A stretch of DNA of 25,562 bases from Candidatus Helarchaeota archaeon (GTDB lineage Archaea; Asgardarchaeota; Lokiarchaeia; Helarchaeales; RDOG01). Location of the stretch: contig JALGVI010000078.1 in NCBI GenBank assembly GCA_029838215.1, positions 1 through 25,562 on the forward strand, in the 5' to 3' direction. The position numbers and the translations under genes were made by a program. Under the pieces are notes generated by a model. That model saw only the letters and a program-made list of their open reading frames with translations, made no database searches and was not told the DNA's origin. Of the stretch, positions 15,022-23,431 are shown one piece after another; within the stretch, counting starts at the first letter, position 1, and each line of letters begins with the position of its first letter.

Positions 15022-17433
15022 ATGATGTCGAAACGAGCAAAAAAACTCATTACATCCCTCTTGCTGGTGACTTTTATCGTCGTTTTTGGGATTTTAATTT
15101 ATCAAATTACTATTCCAGACATAACTGGGCACGTTAATAGGGATCAAAATGAGATACACGCTGCTGCTCAATCGTTTGATAGCTATTTTGAATTGTTTTA
15201 CCCAATGGAAATCAATGGGCAAACTAATATCGTGAATTGTGATGTTGAATTTCCCTATGCGTTTAAAATCGAAGAGAGCAACCTTGATGGAATATTTGCA
15301 AGCCTGACAATGAATCTAACGTTTGATGTTTCTTCTCTACCCATTCCCGAGACAAATTTAACAATCTTAAGGTTGGATTTTGAAACGAGATCTCGTACCA
15401 CATACAGTGATGACGTCAATTTTTCAAGATTACTCGTGAAAATATACAATGAATCTGATGGTGGATATTCGTTATTATCCAATCAGGTATGGGATCACTC
15501 CGTCATTCAATATTTTCTAGGTGATGGGACTGTTAATATTACCATTGACATCCCGAACTTTGTCATGAATGGTGAGGTAAAATTTCAATTAGTCCTCGAA
15601 CAATGGCTTCAAATTCCCCATTCAAATTATGATTTGCGCTTCTACCTTTATTATTGCTCATTGATCTTGGGACAAAACATTGAATTTGTCCCTTATCATC
15701 CTATTTCTGCTGAGATCGTGGAATATAATTCAAGATATGAACTCACCGGTTCACTTGAAGATTTAAAAATGGAAGATAATCAGACTTTTAATCTTGAAAT
15801 TTACCCCACGTTGCAGGACACATTGGAAATCGTTGAGATGGACTTGACGTTCAACGTGAATGGGTGTCAGTATGATGAGATTTTTGGTGTAATAATAGAA
15901 CACGATGATTTCTTTGAAATCAGTCTGTCTAATTCATACTATTACTTACCCCGTTTATACTTGCAGGATAAAACCACTCAAACTTTTAATTATTTTACAA
16001 ATTCTCGTGTTAAATCATCTGAAAACACGAGTCATTGCATTTTCGTTAGTGGAAATCAGTGGGTTGATGAAGATGGATTATTAACCATCCGTTATAGATT
16101 AGAATTAAACGACCATGAAGGGTTTAATCCCGCATATTATCGTTTTGATCAATCTGTAATCTATATAATTCGCCGTAACTTACCACTCGTTAATGTAAAT
16201 GTACCATCTGTAGGGTATGTATTTGAAAATCTCACGATTAGTATCGAATCAATTTCGTTTAATGGTATTTACTTCCATCCTATTTCTTCAATAATTTTTG
16301 ATTTTGGAACGTGGCAAGAAACGTATGACGTGCAAGATGGATTAAATGAAATTAACATGACTCGCAATGTTGCATGCTCCGAGAATTTTGATTTAATCAT
16401 ATATTATGATTCAAATGAATCATTTTTCGTTCAGGGTCATTATAATATTGAATTTCGGAAGATTGACGTGGAAATAACCACATCAGAACCCCTAGTTGTC
16501 CCGTTTAAAATAACCGGCTCCGTGATTTTAACTCGACTCGATTCTGGCATCCCTATTCCAAATAAAACTTTTAATTTTCTTGTTTATCATGGATATAATC
16601 CAACACCTGATTACATGACCACTGAAACCACGGATGCGCAAGGAGGCTTTAATTATACCTATTATATTGATCCTTTACGCTATCTGGATGAGTATTATAG
16701 GATTACGATCGAGGTCGAGCAGGATGATGTCTATAATTACAACATAGAAACTATTGGTGTTATTTGTAGCGAGGCTCCTGCAAACATCACGTTATTCTCA
16801 CTAACTCCTATTAAAAACGATGGATATGCAGGCGATACTATAGAAATCGAATACATGATCGATTGCTTAGTTCCGTTATATCAAGTGCAACTACTTCTTA
16901 ATGATACAGTACTGCATGTACTTTCATCAGCATTGGGAATAATTCGTTACAATTTTACGGGCGTGAAAGGTAATAATACCTATAGCATTCGAGTCATAAA
17001 TGACCGCATGCAAGTTTCACAGTCTAACTCGATTGAACTCAACTTACTGGCACGTTCCATCGATATAAGTTTAAACTCATGGCAACATCATGACGTGTTG
17101 GAGTTTTCATTAGTAATGACTGATGTTCTAACGGGATCATACTGTAATAATGCCCAAGTATTTGTCGAAATTCGTGATAACGGGCTTCTAGTTTTTTCGC
17201 GTGGATATTCTGCTGAAAATCCAATACATGACAGTTATAAGTTTGATTTCAGCACGGATCATTATTTTCAAATCCTAGTTTACGTCGAATCGGATGTTTA
17301 CACCATCGAAATGACGCACGCACAAGTATCCTACACCGCTTATCCATTTGTAGTCATCTTGACGGGTTTAATTACAATTCTTGGATCAAGCGGCGGAGGT
17401 GTAATGTTTTATTATAAAAAGAGGCGAACATGA
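15022..17433 (+). CDS. Large cell-surface protein (803 aa), N-terminal signal/anchor helix, beta-rich body, C-terminal TM
   Basis: KRAKK plus hydrophobic helix at the N-terminus; Ig/beta-sandwich-like strand patterns and many N-x-S/T sequons; YPFVVILTGLITILG...YYKKRRT at the C-terminus. Confidence 0.85.
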   Translation: MMSKRAKKLITSLLLVTFIVVFGILIYQITIPDITGHVNRDQNEIHAAAQSFDSYFELFYPMEINGQTNIVNCDVEFPYAFKIEESNLDGIFASLTMNLTFDVSSLPIPETNLTILRLDFETRSRTTYSDDVNFSRLLVKIYNESDGGYSLLSNQVWDHSVIQYFLGDGTVNITIDIPNFVMNGEVKFQLVLEQWLQIPHSNYDLRFYLYYCSLILGQNIEFVPYHPISAEIVEYNSRYELTGSLEDLKMEDNQTFNLEIYPTLQDTLEIVEMDLTFNVNGCQYDEIFGVIIEHDDFFEISLSNSYYYLPRLYLQDKTTQTFNYFTNSRVKSSENTSHCIFVSGNQWVDEDGLLTIRYRLELNDHEGFNPAYYRFDQSVIYIIRRNLPLVNVNVPSVGYVFENLTISIESISFNGIYFHPISSIIFDFGTWQETYDVQDGLNEINMTRNVACSENFDLIIYYDSNESFFVQGHYNIEFRKIDVEITTSEPLVVPFKITGSVILTRLDSGIPIPNKTFNFLVYHGYNPTPDYMTTETTDAQGGFNYTYYIDPLRYLDEYYRITIEVEQDDVYNYNIETIGVICSEAPANITLFSLTPIKNDGYAGDTIEIEYMIDCLVPLYQVQLLLNDTVLHVLSSALGIIRYNFTGVKGNNTYSIRVINDRMQVSQSNSIELNLLARSIDISLNSWQHHDVLEFSLVMTDVLTGSYCNNAQVFVEIRDNGLLVFSRGYSAENPIHDSYKFDFSTDHYFQILVYVESDVYTIEMTHAQVSYTAYPFVVILTGLITILGSSGGGVMFYYKKRRT

Positions 17434-18077
17434 TGAGTATTGAGTTAGATGGAATTGATGAAGGTTGGAGAGCCGAGAAAAAATCGGGTCGAAATTATAA
17501 AGGGCTATTGGTATTAACGAGTGGCATTTTGGTTGTCGTAATTTCAATAGCGATGGGCTTTATCTTTGCATTAAATCCTGCTTTTCAGATAACGCTTGTT
17601 GAGCTTATTTTTGCGGGCATTCAAACACTGGTTTTGGTATGTTTCGGTTTTTTAACCCTTGCACTCTTAATTGTAATGGTATTAATGAATGCAGATCTGG
17701 CACAAGGACGAGGGGCACTGAGAGCAACTCAATTTACACTCATAGCTGCGCTCATTGGTTTTATAATATATGATGTTTTCTTAAATGAAATCTTTGGTTT
17801 CCACGTGATGAGTATTTCAACAGGAAATTTGGTTTTTCCCTGGATCATATCCGTCATCCAAATCATCATATGGATTTCACTTATCTTATTGTTTCTCCTA
17901 CTTGCAATTCAAGTCACCTTAAAGGCTATAAGTATCGATAAATCCACGGGAATGACCTATAATCTCATTATCTGCGTGATGAGCATCGGGATCGTCTTCA
18001 TTCTAAACATCATTTATATTAACTACTACGGCGTGCCGATAATAATTCCTTTTAATCCTTCTGGGGTGATTCCGTGA
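17430..18077 (+). CDS. Polytopic membrane protein (215 aa, ~5 TM)
   Basis: Five long hydrophobic segments; ATGA overlap with the upstream gene. Confidence 0.85.
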   Translation: MMSIELDGIDEGWRAEKKSGRNYKGLLVLTSGILVVVISIAMGFIFALNPAFQITLVELIFAGIQTLVLVCFGFLTLALLIVMVLMNADLAQGRGALRATQFTLIAALIGFIIYDVFLNEIFGFHVMSISTGNLVFPWIISVIQIIIWISLILLFLLLAIQVTLKAISIDKSTGMTYNLIICVMSIGIVFILNIIYINYYGVPIIIPFNPSGVIP

Positions 18078-18328
18078 GCTGGATTTACATGCTTGATTTA
18101 TTCATGACTTTAACGCTATATTATGCGCGGGCAATTTTCCTCATGCTTGTATTTCTTCTATCTGTTTCGTATGCTTATGAAGGATTCAAGATCATTGCGG
18201 ATGTTAACCCCAAACTCGTGGGTAAGAGCGTGTTGTATAAACACCTGATTTCTCTTTTAATTCTCGTCTTCATCGATTTCATGTTTTGGCTAATCTTCAA
18301 AATTCCGCTTCACAGTTGGACAAGGTGA
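18074..18328 (+). CDS. Small two-helix membrane protein (84 aa), VirB2/TrbC-pilin-like architecture
   Basis: Hydrophobic helix, GFKIIADVNPKLVGKSVL loop, second hydrophobic helix; GTGA overlap with the upstream gene. Confidence 0.75.
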   Translation: MSWIYMLDLFMTLTLYYARAIFLMLVFLLSVSYAYEGFKIIADVNPKLVGKSVLYKHLISLLILVFIDFMFWLIFKIPLHSWTR

Positions 18329-18332
18329 TATA

Positions 18333-21300
18333 ATGACTGTATTGTTACAACAATTACTGGATGATATTCAAGAACAAGGTAACATTCATCATGCCTTTGA
18401 AAATCAAGCAACACGTATTTCACTTGTATATTCCCTGAAAAAACTTGAGCACTATTCTGTCTTTTGCATTTTCATCTTGAAAGATGCGGGGCACGTGGAA
18501 TCCCTTCATGATCGGAATGTACGGGAGATCATTAACGAAGTTGAACACGTAAAAAAACTTATCTTGGCTGGTGAAATTAGCGCTTTACGCCTTCCCGATA
18601 TTCCTAGATTTCAAGTCCGAACTCTTTCATTTTTCGATTTAAGAATTCATGATCGTCTTCGACTTCAACACGTTTCTTTAGAACATGATGGCAAACCCGT
18701 GTTAACTTTCATCTTTCCCGCCCTAATTACAAATGTCCCCAGCATTCATCGAACACTAGCGTGTGCCGAGTGCCGTTTAGATCTAGTTCCTGCTCCCTTG
18801 GTTTCGGAATTTATTCGAAACATGAATGCAGAAATCGTTGAAAAATCAGCCCACATTTATGATGCCTCTAAAGATCGACACGTACAATGGAATAATCGGG
18901 TTAATTTAGTCGGAATGATTCTGACTCTGGTATTTGCGGGATTCACGACACCACTAATGATCCTCGCCCCTTTTTTCAAGATGTCTCCTTTATTCTTCAT
19001 TGACTTGTATTGGATGTTGATTTCATTTGACGCTATTGGAATGATCGGCCATGCCATTTTGCGCCATAAAGCATATCTACGTGAAATCCTTGCAGAATGG
19101 AACCATCCGCAACTGTTCGACATTGCTAGGGGGTCTAACCCTCCTGAAAGACATGTCGAACCAAATATCGAAAAAACAGATCTCTCCGAAAACATTGTTG
19201 ACTACGGGCAAGTTCGGGATGAGATCGATGATTCGAAACGTAATATCCATCACGGATCATTAACCCGAACATCAAAAAGAAGTATTATCGTCCCAAAGAA
19301 AGCTAACACGATAAAAAAGCAGGAATCAACTCAAATTCATTGGCATGCTTTTACGGGGGAGTATTCTCTCATCCAAACAATCCGAAAGGAATACGAATCT
19401 GCGAAATCTGCTCAAGAAGAGAAAAAATTTCGCATTCATTTTCTCAATATAATACAGGGAACCGTGGCCTATAATTGGCTTCAACTCGGAAAGAAAATTC
19501 CAAAGTCCCGTAAGCTGGATCCCGTAGAAAATACATTAGACTCATTAGCGCGCTTGCAAGCACGTGGCATGAGCCATCCGTATAAAAGCCTGTTACAACA
19601 GTTCCTTGAAGTGCTGTCGCATAATCGAAGTCTATTTGCTGAAGAGATGCAAGTGATGCTTTCACGCCTTGAACAAATGCTTATTCGTTTAGGAGTTCTG
19701 GCGGGCAGGATCGAGAAACAAACACCGATTTCTCATGACGATGAGTCGTCTTTTCCATTAAATGAAGGAGTTATTAATGAAGACCTCACAAAAATTCCAG
19801 ATCTGCGTGTTCAGCGATATCTAAATAATAAACCAAAAACACGCTGTCGTAAAGAACAGATCGAGGATATGCTCATGCAGGCGAACCGCTACCTTCACGT
19901 AGGGGAAGACGATGCAATCAAGGATGTTCTAAAAGGATTTCCCGGTCTCCTATTCAAAGAAGTCTTGATAAATTCTGCTAACATTGAAGAAAATCGATGC
20001 CATACTTTTGAGCAAATTTTTAAGAAGAAGGGTGTAATGCTTACCGAACAACAACTCCTAAAATCAATATCAAGCATCAATAGTGCTTTATACGAATATC
20101 TGAAAGCGTTTTACAAAGATTTCCAAGAAATACAAGCCAAAAAAAAGGCACCTGGCGAAACTCTCTATAAAATCTGCCAACAAGCATGGAAAAAAATGAG
20201 CATGAATCTTTATGCTTCACCTGTTAAAGATGAATTCCCGATACGCAGCAATGAAATTGGAATGGAAGAAAAAACGCAAGAAGAAAAGAGACTCACGCCA
20301 ATCATTCCTGTCACCGATAAAGATATCATAAAAAATGAATTAAAAGGACAATTCATCGAAATAAAGACAATCGCCAAGTTAAATCTAGTTCTAAATGAGA
20401 CCAGTAAAGATTATCCCATATGTATTGTTTCATATAGATCAACATCCATGCCGCAATTCGTTGAATTACTGAAGATAAGAAAGGAATTTCGCGATTTGAT
20501 GTTTTATCTGTTAAACGTTGAGGAATTGAATGGAGACGATGATATATTTCAAGTCGTAGACTCTCCAAAAACCCTGCTCAAATATCGCACGCTCAAATAC
20601 ACTCATGAATACGTGGATTTTCAGGATTGTCATGATTTACTTAAGAAATTCATGCGTGAATTGAATGACTACAAGCATTCAAAACTTGTCAAGTCTGGCG
20701 TTCCTATTAATGGCAAATCCGGTCCGAAGGAAACAGACACAACCACGAATTCAATTGAAGAAATCTTTGATCCGAATTCTCCCGTCATTCATATCAAGGA
20801 TGAACGACCTTGGTTGCACCACATCAGACACAATACCAACCCTGTTTTCGTTTTACTTCATTCTGGCACGAACAACGCATATATCGAAGCATTGAACGCG
20901 ATAAAGACACTTGACATCCCAAATAATATCACGATCATTGAAGCCGACCAGCGTCTTGGATTCGTGCAAGAGACTTTTCCTGAAGAGGTCGACCTGGCAA
21001 TCTTAAAGCTGGATGGTGAAACCCGCGAAACCCTGAGTATAGATCAACTACGTGGAGCTCTCGAGATTAATGTTGATGCAGTTGGTACTAAAAAAACTCC
21101 GAAAAAAGAAGAAAATGAAGATGTCAAGAAGTTGGACGTCCTAAAATTCAAGAGGATTGTCGTAGACGGAACAAACGTCTTCAATTTCATAAAAAACGAC
21201 TTACAACAATTTGGCGAAATCGTGGATTTTAAGATTTTTCTGAAGTTACGGGAGTTGTTATACGATCTCGGATTCGAAGATGTTATCATTTACTTTGATT

Positions 21301-22397
21301 CAAACACGTATCATAATTTCTCAAATAAAGAGAATAAACAACTTAATAAACTCATCAAGACAGGTCGTTTCCGTCAATCAGCATCAGGTGAAAAAGCCGA
21401 CCCGCACATCATTACGATGGCAACAGGACCCATTCCCGGCTATATTCTTTCTCGAGATAAGTTTTGGAATTATGATGATGATTTCCAGACGAGATCCTCT
21501 GAATTTATCAAGAGACTCATTGCTTTCGAAATAACGGATGGCTTGATTCATTTTGAGCCAAAAGATAAGAAATTGGCAAATACCCCAATATTTAAAAAAC
21601 GGTATAAACTATTTGATGCATTTGAAATGGGTATAGAGGCAATTTCTAAAAGGAATAAGAATGTCAATGAGAAGAAAGCCAAGAAAAAGAAAAATCACTC
21701 AAAACCAAACAAATCTGTCATGAATACTACCGTGCAGACAGAAAATGAACCTGTAGAAAAACCCATTCCGAATGAAATCGAGATGCATGCATGTATAAAG
21801 GCTCTATCATTTCTGAGACAGAATGCCTTTCATGATGCGAAGGCTTTCAAAAAACGTTTTGAGAATGAATATGATTTCTTATTAGGGAATGAGTACATTA
21901 TCCGGGAACGCGCGGGTTCTTCGGATAGACCTCACGTAAACATCACTACAAAAGGAATTGCATTTGTCAAGCGATTTTTTATTGTTGATATTATTTTAGG
22001 TGAGTTTGATCCCATTAGTGGACCCGAAATCATCTATCCTACGGCATACAACACGGGAGATTTCGCCAACCAACCCTTAGCTGGTTTGGAAACACGAGCA
22101 AGTCTAAAAAAGGTTCTTCAGAATTGTTTTGACAAGCATTCTTATCTTCAGAGCTTTCAGGACGAACTCCAAGAATTCAACTTGATTTATCGCACGTGGA
22201 AAATAAAAAATAATGCACTCCCCCGGGGTGAAGCCGTTTTTGGCGTGCTAATTTTCTGTCGTAAGTTATTTAATGAAGAATTTTCTCACGCGTTCTCAAA
22301 GGAGTTAAAACAAGTTCTCAATGGATTTCAACCCACGCTTGATTATCGTAGTGAACTGGTAGAATTCATTCAAAAAATTGGGAGGGATTTGCTTTAA
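18333..22397 (+). CDS. 1354-aa multidomain membrane protein: 2 TM, helical domains, two thioredoxin-like folds, NYN/Regnase-type PIN ribonuclease, winged helix, C-terminal uDENN/longin domain
   Basis: TM at aa ~190-243; RIVVDGTN (D945), KADPHI (D1023), ILSRDKF (D1042); NITTKGIAFVK; EFDPISGPEIIY and LPRGEAVFGVLIF. Confidence 0.85.
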   Translation: MTVLLQQLLDDIQEQGNIHHAFENQATRISLVYSLKKLEHYSVFCIFILKDAGHVESLHDRNVREIINEVEHVKKLILAGEISALRLPDIPRFQVRTLSFFDLRIHDRLRLQHVSLEHDGKPVLTFIFPALITNVPSIHRTLACAECRLDLVPAPLVSEFIRNMNAEIVEKSAHIYDASKDRHVQWNNRVNLVGMILTLVFAGFTTPLMILAPFFKMSPLFFIDLYWMLISFDAIGMIGHAILRHKAYLREILAEWNHPQLFDIARGSNPPERHVEPNIEKTDLSENIVDYGQVRDEIDDSKRNIHHGSLTRTSKRSIIVPKKANTIKKQESTQIHWHAFTGEYSLIQTIRKEYESAKSAQEEKKFRIHFLNIIQGTVAYNWLQLGKKIPKSRKLDPVENTLDSLARLQARGMSHPYKSLLQQFLEVLSHNRSLFAEEMQVMLSRLEQMLIRLGVLAGRIEKQTPISHDDESSFPLNEGVINEDLTKIPDLRVQRYLNNKPKTRCRKEQIEDMLMQANRYLHVGEDDAIKDVLKGFPGLLFKEVLINSANIEENRCHTFEQIFKKKGVMLTEQQLLKSISSINSALYEYLKAFYKDFQEIQAKKKAPGETLYKICQQAWKKMSMNLYASPVKDEFPIRSNEIGMEEKTQEEKRLTPIIPVTDKDIIKNELKGQFIEIKTIAKLNLVLNETSKDYPICIVSYRSTSMPQFVELLKIRKEFRDLMFYLLNVEELNGDDDIFQVVDSPKTLLKYRTLKYTHEYVDFQDCHDLLKKFMRELNDYKHSKLVKSGVPINGKSGPKETDTTTNSIEEIFDPNSPVIHIKDERPWLHHIRHNTNPVFVLLHSGTNNAYIEALNAIKTLDIPNNITIIEADQRLGFVQETFPEEVDLAILKLDGETRETLSIDQLRGALEINVDAVGTKKTPKKEENEDVKKLDVLKFKRIVVDGTNVFNFIKNDLQQFGEIVDFKIFLKLRELLYDLGFEDVIIYFDSNTYHNFSNKENKQLNKLIKTGRFRQSASGEKADPHIITMATGPIPGYILSRDKFWNYDDDFQTRSSEFIKRLIAFEITDGLIHFEPKDKKLANTPIFKKRYKLFDAFEMGIEAISKRNKNVNEKKAKKKKNHSKPNKSVMNTTVQTENEPVEKPIPNEIEMHACIKALSFLRQNAFHDAKAFKKRFENEYDFLLGNEYIIRERAGSSDRPHVNITTKGIAFVKRFFIVDIILGEFDPISGPEIIYPTAYNTGDFANQPLAGLETRASLKKVLQNCFDKHSYLQSFQDELQEFNLIYRTWKIKNNALPRGEAVFGVLIFCRKLFNEEFSHAFSKELKQVLNGFQPTLDYRSELVEFIQKIGRDLL

Positions 22398-23425
22398 TGA
22401 CAAGATATAAACAAAAAATCGTCTTTTTTGGACCTTCAAATGCAGGTAAAACATCCTTGCAGAAATTCTTCTGGGAAAAAAAGACATACGATGAGATTAA
22501 AGACTTACCACCAACAAAAAGCTATGATTATTCAGACAGGCCACTACGTTTTGGTCCAATAGAAATATCTTCCCTAGATCTTGGCGGACAATCAAGCCTC
22601 ATCAAGCAATGGCTAGATGATGATGCTGAGTTTCGCTGTTTTGAACACGCGAATGTCGTGATATGCGTTTTGGATTTCTCCGATGAATTGCTCGGTAAAA
22701 GTAACTTTCTCCAAAAAATGGAAGAAATAAAACAACTGTTGCGATTATTAATCGCGTCTTTGCGTGTTCAGGTTTTGCAATATCAAGACGTGGACTTGTT
22801 GATTTTCCTTCACAAGTGGGATCGCGTGGTTGAAATTAAGAAGAATGAGCAAGATCTTCGTGAATTAATCATTTCAAATCTTAAGCAGATTGAAAAAGAA
22901 GAAAATTTCGAGAATATCTTGACAGAAGGGAAAAAGAATTCAAAATATGAGAAAATATTGCCATTCTCAATTAATTTCAGGGGATTTCACTTTACATCCA
23001 TTAAAGACTTGCGATTCTCACCCCGTCTGGCTTTAAAGAAAGTCCTTCCAAGGACATCTCAATTTGTCATTGCTTGTAATCAATTTCGAAGAAATTTTTT
23101 GAAACTGTCGCAATTTTTCTCCTTGTTTCTCATCGATCAGAACCTACTCGACATTGAATCCGTTCAATTTCCCGTCTTGCATGATTTTGAGAGCATTAAA
23201 CAATTCACATTTCGCACGCTTTTATCGTGTTTTGATTTGGAAACTGTCACGTACGTAGTCGTCCGTCAAGAAAATGGATTAGGCCCACTTGATATTTTTC
23301 TTCTCAGGGTTAATCCTGACATCTATTGTTTGCTCGTGGCGAAAACGACGAGCCAAGATAAAACACTACAACTACTTCTCGAATTCAGGCGGTCAATTCA
23401 AGCCATTGATTTGATTTATGAGTGA
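22397..23425 (+). CDS. Gtr1/RagA-family small GTPase with C-terminal roadblock/longin-like domain
   Basis: G1 GPSNAGKT, G2 PT, G3 DLGGQ, G4 HKWD, G5 TSIKD (RagA has DCGGQ, HKMD, TSIWD); ~130-aa C-terminal domain; TAATG overlap with the upstream gene. Confidence 0.88.
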   Translation: MTRYKQKIVFFGPSNAGKTSLQKFFWEKKTYDEIKDLPPTKSYDYSDRPLRFGPIEISSLDLGGQSSLIKQWLDDDAEFRCFEHANVVICVLDFSDELLGKSNFLQKMEEIKQLLRLLIASLRVQVLQYQDVDLLIFLHKWDRVVEIKKNEQDLRELIISNLKQIEKEENFENILTEGKKNSKYEKILPFSINFRGFHFTSIKDLRFSPRLALKKVLPRTSQFVIACNQFRRNFLKLSQFFSLFLIDQNLLDIESVQFPVLHDFESIKQFTFRTLLSCFDLETVTYVVVRQENGLGPLDIFLLRVNPDIYCLLVAKTTSQDKTLQLLLEFRRSIQAIDLIYE

Positions 23426-23431
23426 GTCATC

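Noticed and set aside
4068-18328. Calling the region a conjugative element, T4SS or provirus
   Set aside because: No VirB4/VirD4/HerA ATPase, relaxase, integrase, capsid or terminal repeats were visible; kept only as a hypothesis about the membrane proteins.
19330-20210. Helical segments of the 1354-aa protein as active HEPN RNases
   Set aside because: They look like helical bundles but lack an RxxxxH motif; the fold cannot be assigned by eye.
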